A stretch of 64,000 bases of DNA from an uncultured virus (IMG/VR IMGVR_UViG_3300032331_001801). Lineage: Duplodnaviria > Heunggongvirae > Uroviricota > Caudoviricetes. The DNA lies in the IMG/VR virus record IMGVR_UViG_3300032331_001801; one strand, 5' to 3'. Below are positions 11,724 through 20,766 of the stretch, piece after piece; position 1 is the stretch's first letter, and each line of letters begins with the position of its first letter. Both the position numbers and the translations under genes were made by a program. The notes beneath the pieces are model-generated. The model was given only the letters and a program-made list of their open reading frames with translations. It had not been told where the DNA came from and ran no database searches.

Positions 11724-12146
11724 TTATCTTATACGCTCTAAAAAGAAGTTAATCGTTATTGGATTTGGCAAGGTATTAATAAAGAAAGACAATACCACTC
11801 TATATCCATTTTCATCGGGTGCCGGAACAGCAGTAACAAACTCTATGCTAACTCTCGGTTCAAAGTTATTAATAGCCTCAGAAATCTGCCTTTCCAATGC
11901 CGCACCAGAAACTGAATCAACCATTTCAAACAATATTCTTCGGACACCAGAACCTATCTCTGGACGAAATGGTCGTTCATAGAAATTGGTGGAAACCAAG
12001 TTTTTAACAGAATTGATTATCGCCTTTTCATTATAATGTCTGCTAATATCCTTTTTAATAGGATGTGCTTTAAAATTTAAATCCAAATCCTTGTAACCTC
12101 TTTCGGCTATAATTGTTGGATCGTTTGAAGTAATAGTAGTTGACAT
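11724..12146 (-). CDS. gp25: Baseplate wedge subunit gp25
   Basis: YKDLDLNF, AIINSVKNLV.T...ERPF.P.IGS, NFEPRV motifs. Confidence 0.92.
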   Translation of the reverse strand: MSTTITSNDPTIIAERGYKDLDLNFKAHPIKKDISRHYNEKAIINSVKNLVSTNFYERPFRPEIGSGVRRILFEMVDSVSGAALERQISEAINNFEPRVSIEFVTAVPAPDENGYRVVLSFFINTLPNPITINFFLERIR

Positions 12147-12156
12147 CTTTTATTTA

Positions 12157-13110
12157 TCAGTCTCCGATGAACACTGTACCTGAACCAGATTCAATTACGT
12201 TGGTTCCTGCCGAATTATTATCAGTATCGCTTCCTGTACCTTGATCACCAGTATCCGCAGTATCGCCAATACGAGCAGCACCCATCGTTCCTTTGTTAAT
12301 GTTGACGGTCTTACCATTGATCCTAATATCACCAGTTACGTTCAGATCATAATCCCCATCAACATACATCTTCACCGAACCTTGAACATAAATTGAATCA
12401 TCACCAACAACTACAGTAAATTTGTTACGCTGTATTCTTTCAGCACGATCACCTAGTGGACCATATTCAACATAAGAACCAGAACGATGATATGTGTGAA
12501 TTCGTTCAGCACCTTTAGTATCATCAAACTCTAATGCATGTCCAGACTCAGATTCATAAACATTGTTGTATGGATACTTGGCAGCATAGTATGAATCTGG
12601 TTCCACTTTGCTTGCCTTCTTTTTTTTCTTTGCAACATTAATTGCTGACGGATAATCAGAATCATTTCGTGCTAAACGTGAAGTTGTCGGCTCGTCTATC
12701 TTTCGTGGATAGTTTGTGGCAGACTCATCAGGCTTCACTGGTGCCGCTGCTAGTTCAGAAGATGAACGTGGATCGACAAATCCTTTTTGTGGGTTAGCTG
12801 CATCTAATGGAATGCCTGGCATAACACCCATAATTATGGGGTCTTGTCCACTTTCACCATCAGTGAAGAATCCAACAACCATATCACCTTCACGTGGTGG
12901 ATATGGGTTTGTATTGTTTGTCGGTAAAAGAACTTGCGCCCAAGGTAACGAATCTGAAGGCAATAACTGTTTATTATCAGTGTGCCAACCAACACATCGT
13001 ATACGACACCGACCAAGTTTCAATGGATCATTAATTCGTTCAACAACCGCAATGAACCAAATGAAACCACCTTTACCAGCAAAGTTTTTACTGTCTTCAG
13101 ATTGTTCCAT
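12157..13110 (-). CDS. gp5: Baseplate hub/needle gp5 (OB-fold + beta-helix, no lysozyme domain)
   Basis: WFIAVVERINDPLKLGRCRIRC, LPWA, YPYNNVYESESGHALEFDDT.GAERIH.YHRSG. Confidence 0.92.
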   Translation of the reverse strand: MEQSEDSKNFAGKGGFIWFIAVVERINDPLKLGRCRIRCVGWHTDNKQLLPSDSLPWAQVLLPTNNTNPYPPREGDMVVGFFTDGESGQDPIIMGVMPGIPLDAANPQKGFVDPRSSSELAAAPVKPDESATNYPRKIDEPTTSRLARNDSDYPSAINVAKKKKKASKVEPDSYYAAKYPYNNVYESESGHALEFDDTKGAERIHTYHRSGSYVEYGPLGDRAERIQRNKFTVVVGDDSIYVQGSVKMYVDGDYDLNVTGDIRINGKTVNINKGTMGAARIGDTADTGDQGTGSDTDNNSAGTNVIESGSGTVFIGD

Positions 13111-14440
13111 AATTCTCTACTTCTTTTGTTTGTTGAGCAGTTGCCGTTGGTATAAACGGTAATTCATTAGAACTTGTTGCAAGTTCAATTATAGTTTCAT
13201 GTTTCTGATAACCAATGATGTGACGGGTAGCGACAATCAAGTAACGACCACTCAATGAACGATCATCATTCTCACCACCACTTTCACGAATAGAGAAGTC
13301 TGGTGTGCGAAGATTTAAACTGAAACCTGAAGTCAACTGAAAATTACCAGGCATAACCAGCTTCACTCTTTTGTTCATCAGATTAGTAATGATTGCCTTA
13401 CGCTGAAAAATAAAATCTTCCTGTGTTTCCTGTTTAGAGATGGAAGTCGGATCGTATTTTTTAATGTAGGCACTGTCTCGACGAAATGCTCCAAACGAAC
13501 TAACAGTCTTTCTAGAATCAAATGCTTGAGATGAATCGTCACCACCGCGATTGATTGAAGAAAAGTAATTGGGGTTGGGGTTGCCATGTTTCATGGCATT
13601 GTAATGATCTTCATAATTAATCTTCTTGACACCAACGGAACGGGTAACTGGATCGAATCCAATAAACGTACCAGCATTAACACCAGATCGAGTTGATTTA
13701 ATCTTATCAACTTGATTAATAATTTCAAAGTTACGAGGACTTAACAAATCGTCAACTACATTAGTCTGTTCCAAGTTTTTGGGTGAAAACTTAATCGTGA
13801 ACAATTCTTTTTGTGAGAGGAGTGACGATAACGATGCAAAGTTGTATCCAAGATTATTCTCAAAGAATACAAAATTGGCTGAACGGTTTTCATCTATAGA
13901 ACGCTTGGCACACCACTCAATCGCATCAAGAGGTTTTAAATTCGGTATAACAACATCACGAATGCCAGTAGTAGTTTCAAACTTACCGTTCAATTTATTG
14001 TCGGGTGTTTTTAAATAGTTAACTAATATCTTTTTGACAATATCAGAGTACGTTGTTTTGTATGCTTGATTGATTAATTGTTGATCTGAAAACATTAATT
14101 CATCAGAAACAAAATGGAGTACATAGACTTCACTTGTCTGGTTGATGTTTTTACGGTCAGATTGTTTGTAAATTCTAAATGCTTTTTTAAGTTTTAGGAT
14201 ATCAGAATCTGTTGTCTTACCAACATCAATCAATATAGACTCAGAACCATCGAACAGTAGTTTAGAAGACAGACCAACAGAATCGTTGATGAGTACATTA
14301 CCATTCATAATTGGAATTAAAATTGAATCAAATATATTGATCTCTTGATATATGGAAGATATGTCAATCTTACCTGCCTTGGTTATAATAGAAAGTTCAT
14401 TTACTACAAACTTTGATGCCGACATAAGCTGTGAACTCAT
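13097..14440 (-). CDS. Baseplate hub protein (gp27-like position, conserved in T4-like aquatic phages)
   Basis: 447 aa, FVFFEN..GYNF and LSGRYLIVATRH motifs; lies between gp53 and gp5. Confidence 0.6.
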   Translation of the reverse strand: MSSQLMSASKFVVNELSIITKAGKIDISSIYQEINIFDSILIPIMNGNVLINDSVGLSSKLLFDGSESILIDVGKTTDSDILKLKKAFRIYKQSDRKNINQTSEVYVLHFVSDELMFSDQQLINQAYKTTYSDIVKKILVNYLKTPDNKLNGKFETTTGIRDVVIPNLKPLDAIEWCAKRSIDENRSANFVFFENNLGYNFASLSSLLSQKELFTIKFSPKNLEQTNVVDDLLSPRNFEIINQVDKIKSTRSGVNAGTFIGFDPVTRSVGVKKINYEDHYNAMKHGNPNPNYFSSINRGGDDSSQAFDSRKTVSSFGAFRRDSAYIKKYDPTSISKQETQEDFIFQRKAIITNLMNKRVKLVMPGNFQLTSGFSLNLRTPDFSIRESGGENDDRSLSGRYLIVATRHIIGYQKHETIIELATSSNELPFIPTATAQQTKEVENYGTI

Positions 14441-15099
14441 GAACTAATCACTTTCTTAAATTCATTTATTAGTCCTTGTTCAGTCACATATTCAGATTTT
14501 AATAATTGTATCTTTCGTTTATTATCATTCAATTCAACTTCATAATCATAATATGTTTGTGTTGTTTTAGTGATAGTCTCAGTGATCTTACTGCCATCTT
14601 GCAATGTATATGTGGTAGTTGTTACAGGTAAGTTTGTATGAGTCGTAGCATCAATCTCAAGTTTCTCAACGATTTGATTCTTGGTTGGTTTAGAACTCAA
14701 ACGAGTCACTGTTTTATAGTATGCATTAACGTTACCCGCATCTTGCGCCCACTGAATTCCCGTTTGATATGGTGAATGTGTAGCACCTTGCTTAGAATAC
14801 TTGTCGTTAATATACTTGATAAGTGTTCGTTGATCTAATGGCCAATCATATTGTGGGTCGATGATGTCATTGAATAGAAGAACTATCCAATGTTTTTCTG
14901 ATGAACCATAATACTTGTTTGCAATCATCTCAGGAGTTTCACCATCCTGTACATCATAAGGATAAAAGAGTGAGGCGTTATCTTTTATTACATTTTCAAA
15001 AGCAAAACGAGCAATAACATTTGTTACAGTATCGAGAGCAGTAGACTCATTAGAATTACTGTAATAAGTTGTGGGAAAATAGTTGAAATACTTTGCCAT
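14437..15099 (-). CDS. gp53: Baseplate wedge protein gp53 (LysM-like)
   Basis: YFNYFP, GETPEMIANKYYG...HWIVLLFNDIIDPQYDWP, YEVELND.KRKI.LLK. Confidence 0.92.
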   Translation of the reverse strand: MAKYFNYFPTTYYSNSNESTALDTVTNVIARFAFENVIKDNASLFYPYDVQDGETPEMIANKYYGSSEKHWIVLLFNDIIDPQYDWPLDQRTLIKYINDKYSKQGATHSPYQTGIQWAQDAGNVNAYYKTVTRLSSKPTKNQIVEKLEIDATTHTNLPVTTTTYTLQDGSKITETITKTTQTYYDYEVELNDNKRKIQLLKSEYVTEQGLINEFKKVISS

Positions 15100-16304
15100 T
15101 ATGTTTTTTTACCACTCCATACAGTTTGATTCGATTGTTTGGTACCTCTAAAATCATTCTTAGTAAGAAATTGTGTTTCTTTAAATTCCAGTGTCAAACG
15201 GATTGCGGAAGGCATACCAGTACGACCTAATGCAGGACTAAATTCTCCCGGCATTTCATAGGATGACCAACCATTTGGAGCATAATCCATTGAAATGCTT
15301 GTCAGTACACATCGTGCAATTGGAGGTAAGTTTGGATTGGGTTTACCTGCATAATAAAACTGCAATTCAAACTCTGAAGGAGGTATTAAAAGAATACCAC
15401 CAGCCGAATCATTTATTTCGGGAGCTTGATGAAAACGAAGTCTTTCTAAAATGTTCTGCACTTCCAAAGCTTCACGTTCATCGCGTGGATAGAACATGAA
15501 TTCGAAGTTGAATGAACGAAAATCAGGAGAAGAATATAACATCTCCAACATTGGATTTACTACACCGCCAAGTTTATTAAAGATAAGTGCCTTTGCAGTG
15601 GCATCAGCACCAGTTAAATTACCCCCCGCTTTAGCTAAACTGGATAGGATACCAGCCTGTAATGCACCACTAATATTAGTTTCTTGTCCATTCTTTATTT
15701 TTGATAACTGATCCACACCAACTTGATATGTTTGACCTGCTAATTCCTTACCCATTTCTAAATTTTCATATCCTTGGGTATACGTGTGCTGCAACGTATC
15801 TGGCATATACAATGCAATAGAATCTGTGGTTTTTATTGTTGAATTTATAAAACCAGTTTTTTGAATTTGATCTACTTTATCAATATAAAGTTTATTGTCA
15901 TTCGTTGCTGCTGCTGCTTTGGTTGAACTGAATGCTGGTTTGTTTGCTTTAAAAAAAGATAGTTTCCCACCTACCGCAGTATTTACAGAAGAAAACGCAC
16001 TATCAATTTTACTGTTAATTGCGCTAGAAAATTTCTCTTTAATGTTTGGTAATCCTCTCACACTGCCAGGAGTTGCCTCATCTTTAGTTACGCTTGGTGC
16101 GCCACCCTTGTCTTGTTCAATACCTGTGAACTGACTATTCTGTTGTTTAAATATGTGGATAACCATGTAGTGGGCTTTATCATAGTTACCCACATCCATC
16201 GGATACCTGAAGGTATTAGTCACCTCACCTTGAAAAAGAGGAGAAAGCGGTCCTTTATTATTTTCTGAAGAAATTTTTATATCGGAAAGACCAAAGAAAG
16301 CCAT
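15099..16304 (-). CDS. gp48: Baseplate tail-tube cap gp48
   Basis: FRYP, IALYMP, NPMLEMLYSSPDFRSFNFEFMFYPR...E, CVLTSISMDYAP, LTLEFKE. Confidence 0.88.
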   Translation of the reverse strand: MAFFGLSDIKISSENNKGPLSPLFQGEVTNTFRYPMDVGNYDKAHYMVIHIFKQQNSQFTGIEQDKGGAPSVTKDEATPGSVRGLPNIKEKFSSAINSKIDSAFSSVNTAVGGKLSFFKANKPAFSSTKAAAATNDNKLYIDKVDQIQKTGFINSTIKTTDSIALYMPDTLQHTYTQGYENLEMGKELAGQTYQVGVDQLSKIKNGQETNISGALQAGILSSLAKAGGNLTGADATAKALIFNKLGGVVNPMLEMLYSSPDFRSFNFEFMFYPRDEREALEVQNILERLRFHQAPEINDSAGGILLIPPSEFELQFYYAGKPNPNLPPIARCVLTSISMDYAPNGWSSYEMPGEFSPALGRTGMPSAIRLTLEFKETQFLTKNDFRGTKQSNQTVWSGKKT

Positions 16305-16336
16305 AGTTGTCCTAGTAGGTTGACTAGATAGTATTT

Positions 16337-16768
16337 ATGTCATATAAAGGTAAATTTACTCCCAAAAACCCAACAAAATACAAGGGTGATGCGACCAATA
16401 TCATCTATCGATCATCATGGGAATTGAAGGTAATGCATTATTTAGATGACCATCCAGACGTAATCTGGTGGGGTTCTGAAGAATTAGTCATACCTTATTG
16501 GAGTCCAGTGGACAATAGGAAGCATCGTTACTTCCCCGATTTTGTTGCTAAGATTAAACAAAAGAATGGCATCATCAAGACTTTTGTGATTGAAGTTAAA
16601 CCAGACGCACAGACTAAGCCGCCAACTCAGAAACGTAAGACCAAACGGTACATCCAAGAGGCGGCAACCTATGTTATCAATCAATCCAAGTGGAAAGCCG
16701 CCACAGAATTCTGTAAAGATCATGGGTGGGAATTTCAAGTTCTTACTGAAAAGCATCTAGGAATTTGA
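16337..16768 (+). CDS. gp4: Head completion nuclease gp4
   Basis: YKGKFTPKNPTKYKGD...IIYRSSWE, HRYFPDF, IEVKP..QT, NQSKWKAA. Confidence 0.95.
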   Translation: MSYKGKFTPKNPTKYKGDATNIIYRSSWELKVMHYLDDHPDVIWWGSEELVIPYWSPVDNRKHRYFPDFVAKIKQKNGIIKTFVIEVKPDAQTKPPTQKRKTKRYIQEAATYVINQSKWKAATEFCKDHGWEFQVLTEKHLGI

Positions 16769-16780
16769 GATAAATACCTC

Positions 16781-17362
16781 ATGGCAAAAAAATTAATAGA
16801 CAGAATTAAAGACTCCCTTGCCAAAAAGGGATTTGAGCCTAGATCGCGTGATGCTCGAAACTGGCTCCGTTCCAAGATTCCTACATTAAGGCCAACCAAA
16901 GCACAACTGATGCAGGATAGGAATAGGCTTAGAAGTGCATCGATTATAGGTAGGATGTACTTTTATTTTTATGATCCAAAAACGAAGGATAAGCTGCCAT
17001 ATTACGATAAGTTCCCATTGGTTATACCAATAGAACGATACTCAGACGGTTTTCTAGGGTTAAATTTGCATTACATACACCCAAAGCAGCGTATCATTCT
17101 TTTAGATAAGTTGAGTGAAATAGCAACAGATAATAACTTTGATGCCAATACAAAGTTGAGGATTAGTTACGATTATCTTTCTAGGGCATCAAGATTGTAT
17201 CAGGCTAAACCTTGTATTAAACGCTATCTTTTCAGTCATGTGCAATCGAGGTTTCTGGAAATAACCGCCGATGAATGGGATATCGCCGCATTATTACCAG
17301 TTGAATCTTTTATGAAAGCCGACAAGAGCAAAGTTTTTGCAGACTCAGAGGACAAATTTTAA
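16781..17362 (+). CDS. gp2: DNA end protector gp2
   Basis: GRMYFYFYDPKTKDKLPYYDKFPLV...FLGLNLHY, IKRYLFSHV. Confidence 0.93.
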   Translation: MAKKLIDRIKDSLAKKGFEPRSRDARNWLRSKIPTLRPTKAQLMQDRNRLRSASIIGRMYFYFYDPKTKDKLPYYDKFPLVIPIERYSDGFLGLNLHYIHPKQRIILLDKLSEIATDNNFDANTKLRISYDYLSRASRLYQAKPCIKRYLFSHVQSRFLEITADEWDIAALLPVESFMKADKSKVFADSEDKF

Positions 17363-18108
17363 TGTCATTTTCACCCAATTTATTTTTATCAAATATCAAT
17401 GCCAAAGGTGGACTAGCCAAATCATCTAGGTTTGAAGTAATCCTACCGATCCCACCCTACATTGGAAGTGCTGTTGGTAACTCAGTTATTGAGAAGATTC
17501 TAAACTTCCCCAATTCCATCTTCAGTGATGTCTCGGATGCAATTAATACCGCATTAGGGACAACGGATATGGACGGTCCGATGAAGTCATCCAACCCAAC
17601 CGTTTCACGATATCTTGCACTGCAATGTGAAACGGCAGAACTGCCAGGTAAAAGTTTAGACACCGCAGACGTAAGAATTTATGGGCAATCATTTAAAGTT
17701 CCATATCGTATACAACAAACTGCCGATACAAACTTAACCTTTATTTGTACCAATGATTTTTATGAACGTAAGTTATTTGATCGATGGATGGAAGCAATTA
17801 TTCCACCCGATACGAATAATGTACGTTTTCCAAAAAGTAATGCTTCACGCTTCATGACCAATATTCGAATCATTCAATACGATGATGTGGTTCGCCAGAT
17901 TTTTGCAGTAGATTTAATTGATGCATTCCCGACTGCAATAGCACCACAATCTCTTTCTTGGCAGGATGATGGTTTCCATCGATTGTCGGTAAGTTTTACT
18001 TACCAGAAGTATCGCCCAATCTATGAGGGTAATTTTGATGTTGGTCAGACCTTGACCACTTTAGGGGCTACAGGCATCTCAGCTTTAACAAGAGGACTTG
18101 GATTTTAA
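17362..18108 (+). CDS. gp54: Tail tube initiator gp54 / gp19-like fold
   Basis: GGLAKSSRFEV, CETAELPGKS, FDRWM, DAFPTAI...LSW; synteny gp2-gp54-gp26. Confidence 0.7.
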   Translation: MSFSPNLFLSNINAKGGLAKSSRFEVILPIPPYIGSAVGNSVIEKILNFPNSIFSDVSDAINTALGTTDMDGPMKSSNPTVSRYLALQCETAELPGKSLDTADVRIYGQSFKVPYRIQQTADTNLTFICTNDFYERKLFDRWMEAIIPPDTNNVRFPKSNASRFMTNIRIIQYDDVVRQIFAVDLIDAFPTAIAPQSLSWQDDGFHRLSVSFTYQKYRPIYEGNFDVGQTLTTLGATGISALTRGLGF

Positions 18109-18125
18109 TTATTTGAGAGGAAATT

Positions 18126-18857
18126 ATGTTACCAAAACTTGATGTACCAATTTATAACATTAAATTGATTTCGACAGGAGAAGATGTACGCATTCGACCA
18201 TTTTTGGTCAAAGAGCAAAAGTTGTTTCTTATGGCAGCAGAATCTGATGATCCAAAAGAAACGATTAATACTATTCGTCAAGTACTGAAGAATTGTATTC
18301 TGGATGATGTGGATATTAACAATTTACCAACATTTGATTTGGAATATTTGTTCATGAATCTCCGTGCTCGATCAGTGGAGGAAGTTGTTGAACTGAAGTA
18401 CAAATGTAACAACGATATCAAAGATGATAAAGGTGAAGAAAAGAAATGTACAGGGTCGCTAGATTTCTCTGTTAATCTTTTGGAAATACAGCCAACTAAA
18501 CATGAGGGTCACGAAACCAAGTTTCAATTAACTGAAAAGTTAGGTATATGTTTAAAGTATCCTACATTTGAGATGATTCAGAAGTATGAAGAACTTGACG
18601 AAAATGAGATTCTTGTCAATATATTAATTGATTGTATTGATTATCTTTATGACAATGAACAAGTATATTATGCCAAAGATACTACACGTTCCGAATTAGA
18701 AGAGTTTGTTGATTCCATGCAGCAAAAAGATTTAGAAAAGATCAAGGTTTTCTTTGACACGATGCCTGAGATTAAGAAAGATGTTCACTTCGTATGCCCG
18801 AAATGTGCGTATGAAGAAGACATCACGATTAGGGGTCTACAAAATTTTTTCGCCTGA
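18126..18857 (+). CDS. gp26: Baseplate hub assembly chaperone gp26-like
   Basis: MLPKLDVPIY, RPFLVKEQKLFLMA.ES, FDLEYLFMNLRARSVEE, FFDTMP, CPKC...GLQNFF. Confidence 0.9.
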   Translation: MLPKLDVPIYNIKLISTGEDVRIRPFLVKEQKLFLMAAESDDPKETINTIRQVLKNCILDDVDINNLPTFDLEYLFMNLRARSVEEVVELKYKCNNDIKDDKGEEKKCTGSLDFSVNLLEIQPTKHEGHETKFQLTEKLGICLKYPTFEMIQKYEELDENEILVNILIDCIDYLYDNEQVYYAKDTTRSELEEFVDSMQQKDLEKIKVFFDTMPEIKKDVHFVCPKCAYEEDITIRGLQNFFA

Positions 18858-19045
18858 TCTTTCGTTATGACACACTAGGTAATTACTATCAGACGAACTT
18901 TGCTTTAATGCAACACCATAAGTACAGTCTGTCTGAACTTGAGAATATGATACCTTGGGAAAGAAATATTTACATTAGTTTACTGATTAAATATTTGGAA
19001 GAAGAAAAAGAACGTATTAACGCACAAAAACAGGCTAGACGATAA
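18845..19045 (+). CDS. gp51: gp51-like hub assembly catalyst segment (-1 frame relative to gp26; probably reached by frameshift)
   Basis: Manual translation FFRLIFRYDTLGNYYQTNFALMQHHKYSLSELENMIPWERNIYISLLIKYLEEEKERINAQKQARR*; first in-frame ATG only at 18908, after the conserved YYxxNFAL block. Confidence 0.85.
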   Translation, partial: FFRLIFRYDTLGNYYQTNFALMQHHKYSLSELENMIPWERNIYISLLIKYLEEEKERINAQKQARR

Positions 19046-20763
19046 TGGCAAACAAAACGTTTGAAGATTTAGCAAAAAATTTAGGATATAACAGTTTTTT
19101 TGATATGAAAACCACTATTGGTAAATCCGATAGAAGTGTTCTGTCCGATATTTTTGCTAAACGGAAGAAAAAGGAAACTTCACCATCCAGAGAAGGTGCT
19201 GGCGGTGATACAATCAATTCTGATATTATACCTTTTCTAAACATCATTGCTAAGAATTCTCTTGCTTTACCTGGTATGGCGCGTGATATGAATGTGTTGC
19301 GTCAGAACATTGTTAAGTTGGTTAAACTTAAAAGTGCAGAAGCCGTAACCACTAAAGCCGACAAATTCTTCAAGACGGAAGATCAACGTGAAGCAGAACT
19401 GGAAGAAGCCAAGAAAAAAGAAAAAGTTACATTAGTTGAAGGTGAAGATGGTAAAAAGAAACGTGGTGCTGGCAGAGAAGAAAAAGATATGGCTAATAGT
19501 ATCTTTGACTTTCTGTGGGGTATAATCAAAAAAGTAGGTGGCGCATTATTATTTGGACTCTTTGCAGCTTTTGCAACTGTTTTTAAAATTGGTGATTTCT
19601 TATCCGAATTGATGGATAAGTTTACTCCACTTAAATGGATTGAAAATTTATTTAAAGCTATTGAAGACGGTTGGACTAAACTTACCGAAACCGACATACT
19701 TAAAGAGTCTTTAATTAAAGGTCTTGGTAATTTCTTAGATTTTATTACCAATGGATTATTTGGTGAAAAAGAATTACGTAAATCTTTAGATGAATTGACT
19801 GAGTATATAACTCCAATGATAACTGTGATATCTGAAGTGTTTACCCGAATGGTTGATTGGATGAAGAATAATATTGGATGGGATACATTTACCATTCCTT
19901 TATCCAAAGCAAACAAATTACCTATAATTGGTACTGCATTATCTAAACTAGGTATTTCTTTACCTGATATAGAAATACCAGGCTTCAGACCATTTCAAAA
20001 AAAGAAGCAAGAAGGACCTAAAGAAGTTGGCGGTTCTATCGCACCGCCACCCGTACCGCAACAAGATTTATCCAAAGCAAACGTGGGTGCTGGTGGTGAA
20101 GAAATACAAACTGATGCACAAGGTAATGTAATATCTGGTGGTGGGTTTTCACCCACACCAGACAAAGCGGTTCCTTCTGTTGGTCGTAATCCAACTCCAA
20201 TCGCACCACCAAAGAAACAAAGTGATGCCAAAGCTGCAACACAAAATAAAGATAAAGCTTTAGACTTCTTAAAATTTAAAGTTGGTGTTGTTCCTAGCGA
20301 CAAATCTCCTACAGGATTTGCTGATATCAAAGGTAATCCCATTTCGGAAATAGCAGTTCGTGATCGTATTGTTGATATGCGTGGTGATCCAGATAAGATT
20401 TTATCTTTGGTTAAAGCAGCCCCTACAGCAGTTCCATCGGCGGCACCTGCATCAACAATACCAGCGCAAAATGCAGCAGCAGGTTCTGCATCTGGAAGTC
20501 AAACTGCTGCTTCGGCAGGTTCTGCTGCACCCAGTGCAAGTCCATCTGCATCTTCTAGTTCAATGGCACCATCGGGTTCATCAATAGGTCAAATGTCTTC
20601 TGATGTTGCAGAAGGTCAACGTTTAGATTCTGCTGCGGATAAGGGAACAACAATTAATGCTCCTACAGTAAACAATAGTTCCGGTAGTACAGGTAAAGCA
20701 CCTAAGACTATTGCCGATGCTTACAATAAATCGTTTGTAGGTGAATATTATTCTGCCGCATAA
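19045..20763 (+). CDS. Tape-measure/gp29-like protein, paralogue 1
   Basis: Follows gp26/gp51; charged helical N-terminus, hydrophobic segment, Ala/Ser/Pro-rich tail; shares motifs with the next two ORFs. Confidence 0.55.
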   Translation: MANKTFEDLAKNLGYNSFFDMKTTIGKSDRSVLSDIFAKRKKKETSPSREGAGGDTINSDIIPFLNIIAKNSLALPGMARDMNVLRQNIVKLVKLKSAEAVTTKADKFFKTEDQREAELEEAKKKEKVTLVEGEDGKKKRGAGREEKDMANSIFDFLWGIIKKVGGALLFGLFAAFATVFKIGDFLSELMDKFTPLKWIENLFKAIEDGWTKLTETDILKESLIKGLGNFLDFITNGLFGEKELRKSLDELTEYITPMITVISEVFTRMVDWMKNNIGWDTFTIPLSKANKLPIIGTALSKLGISLPDIEIPGFRPFQKKKQEGPKEVGGSIAPPPVPQQDLSKANVGAGGEEIQTDAQGNVISGGGFSPTPDKAVPSVGRNPTPIAPPKKQSDAKAATQNKDKALDFLKFKVGVVPSDKSPTGFADIKGNPISEIAVRDRIVDMRGDPDKILSLVKAAPTAVPSAAPASTIPAQNAAAGSASGSQTAASAGSAAPSASPSASSSSMAPSGSSIGQMSSDVAEGQRLDSAADKGTTINAPTVNNSSGSTGKAPKTIADAYNKSFVGEYYSAA

Positions 20764-20766
20764 AAA

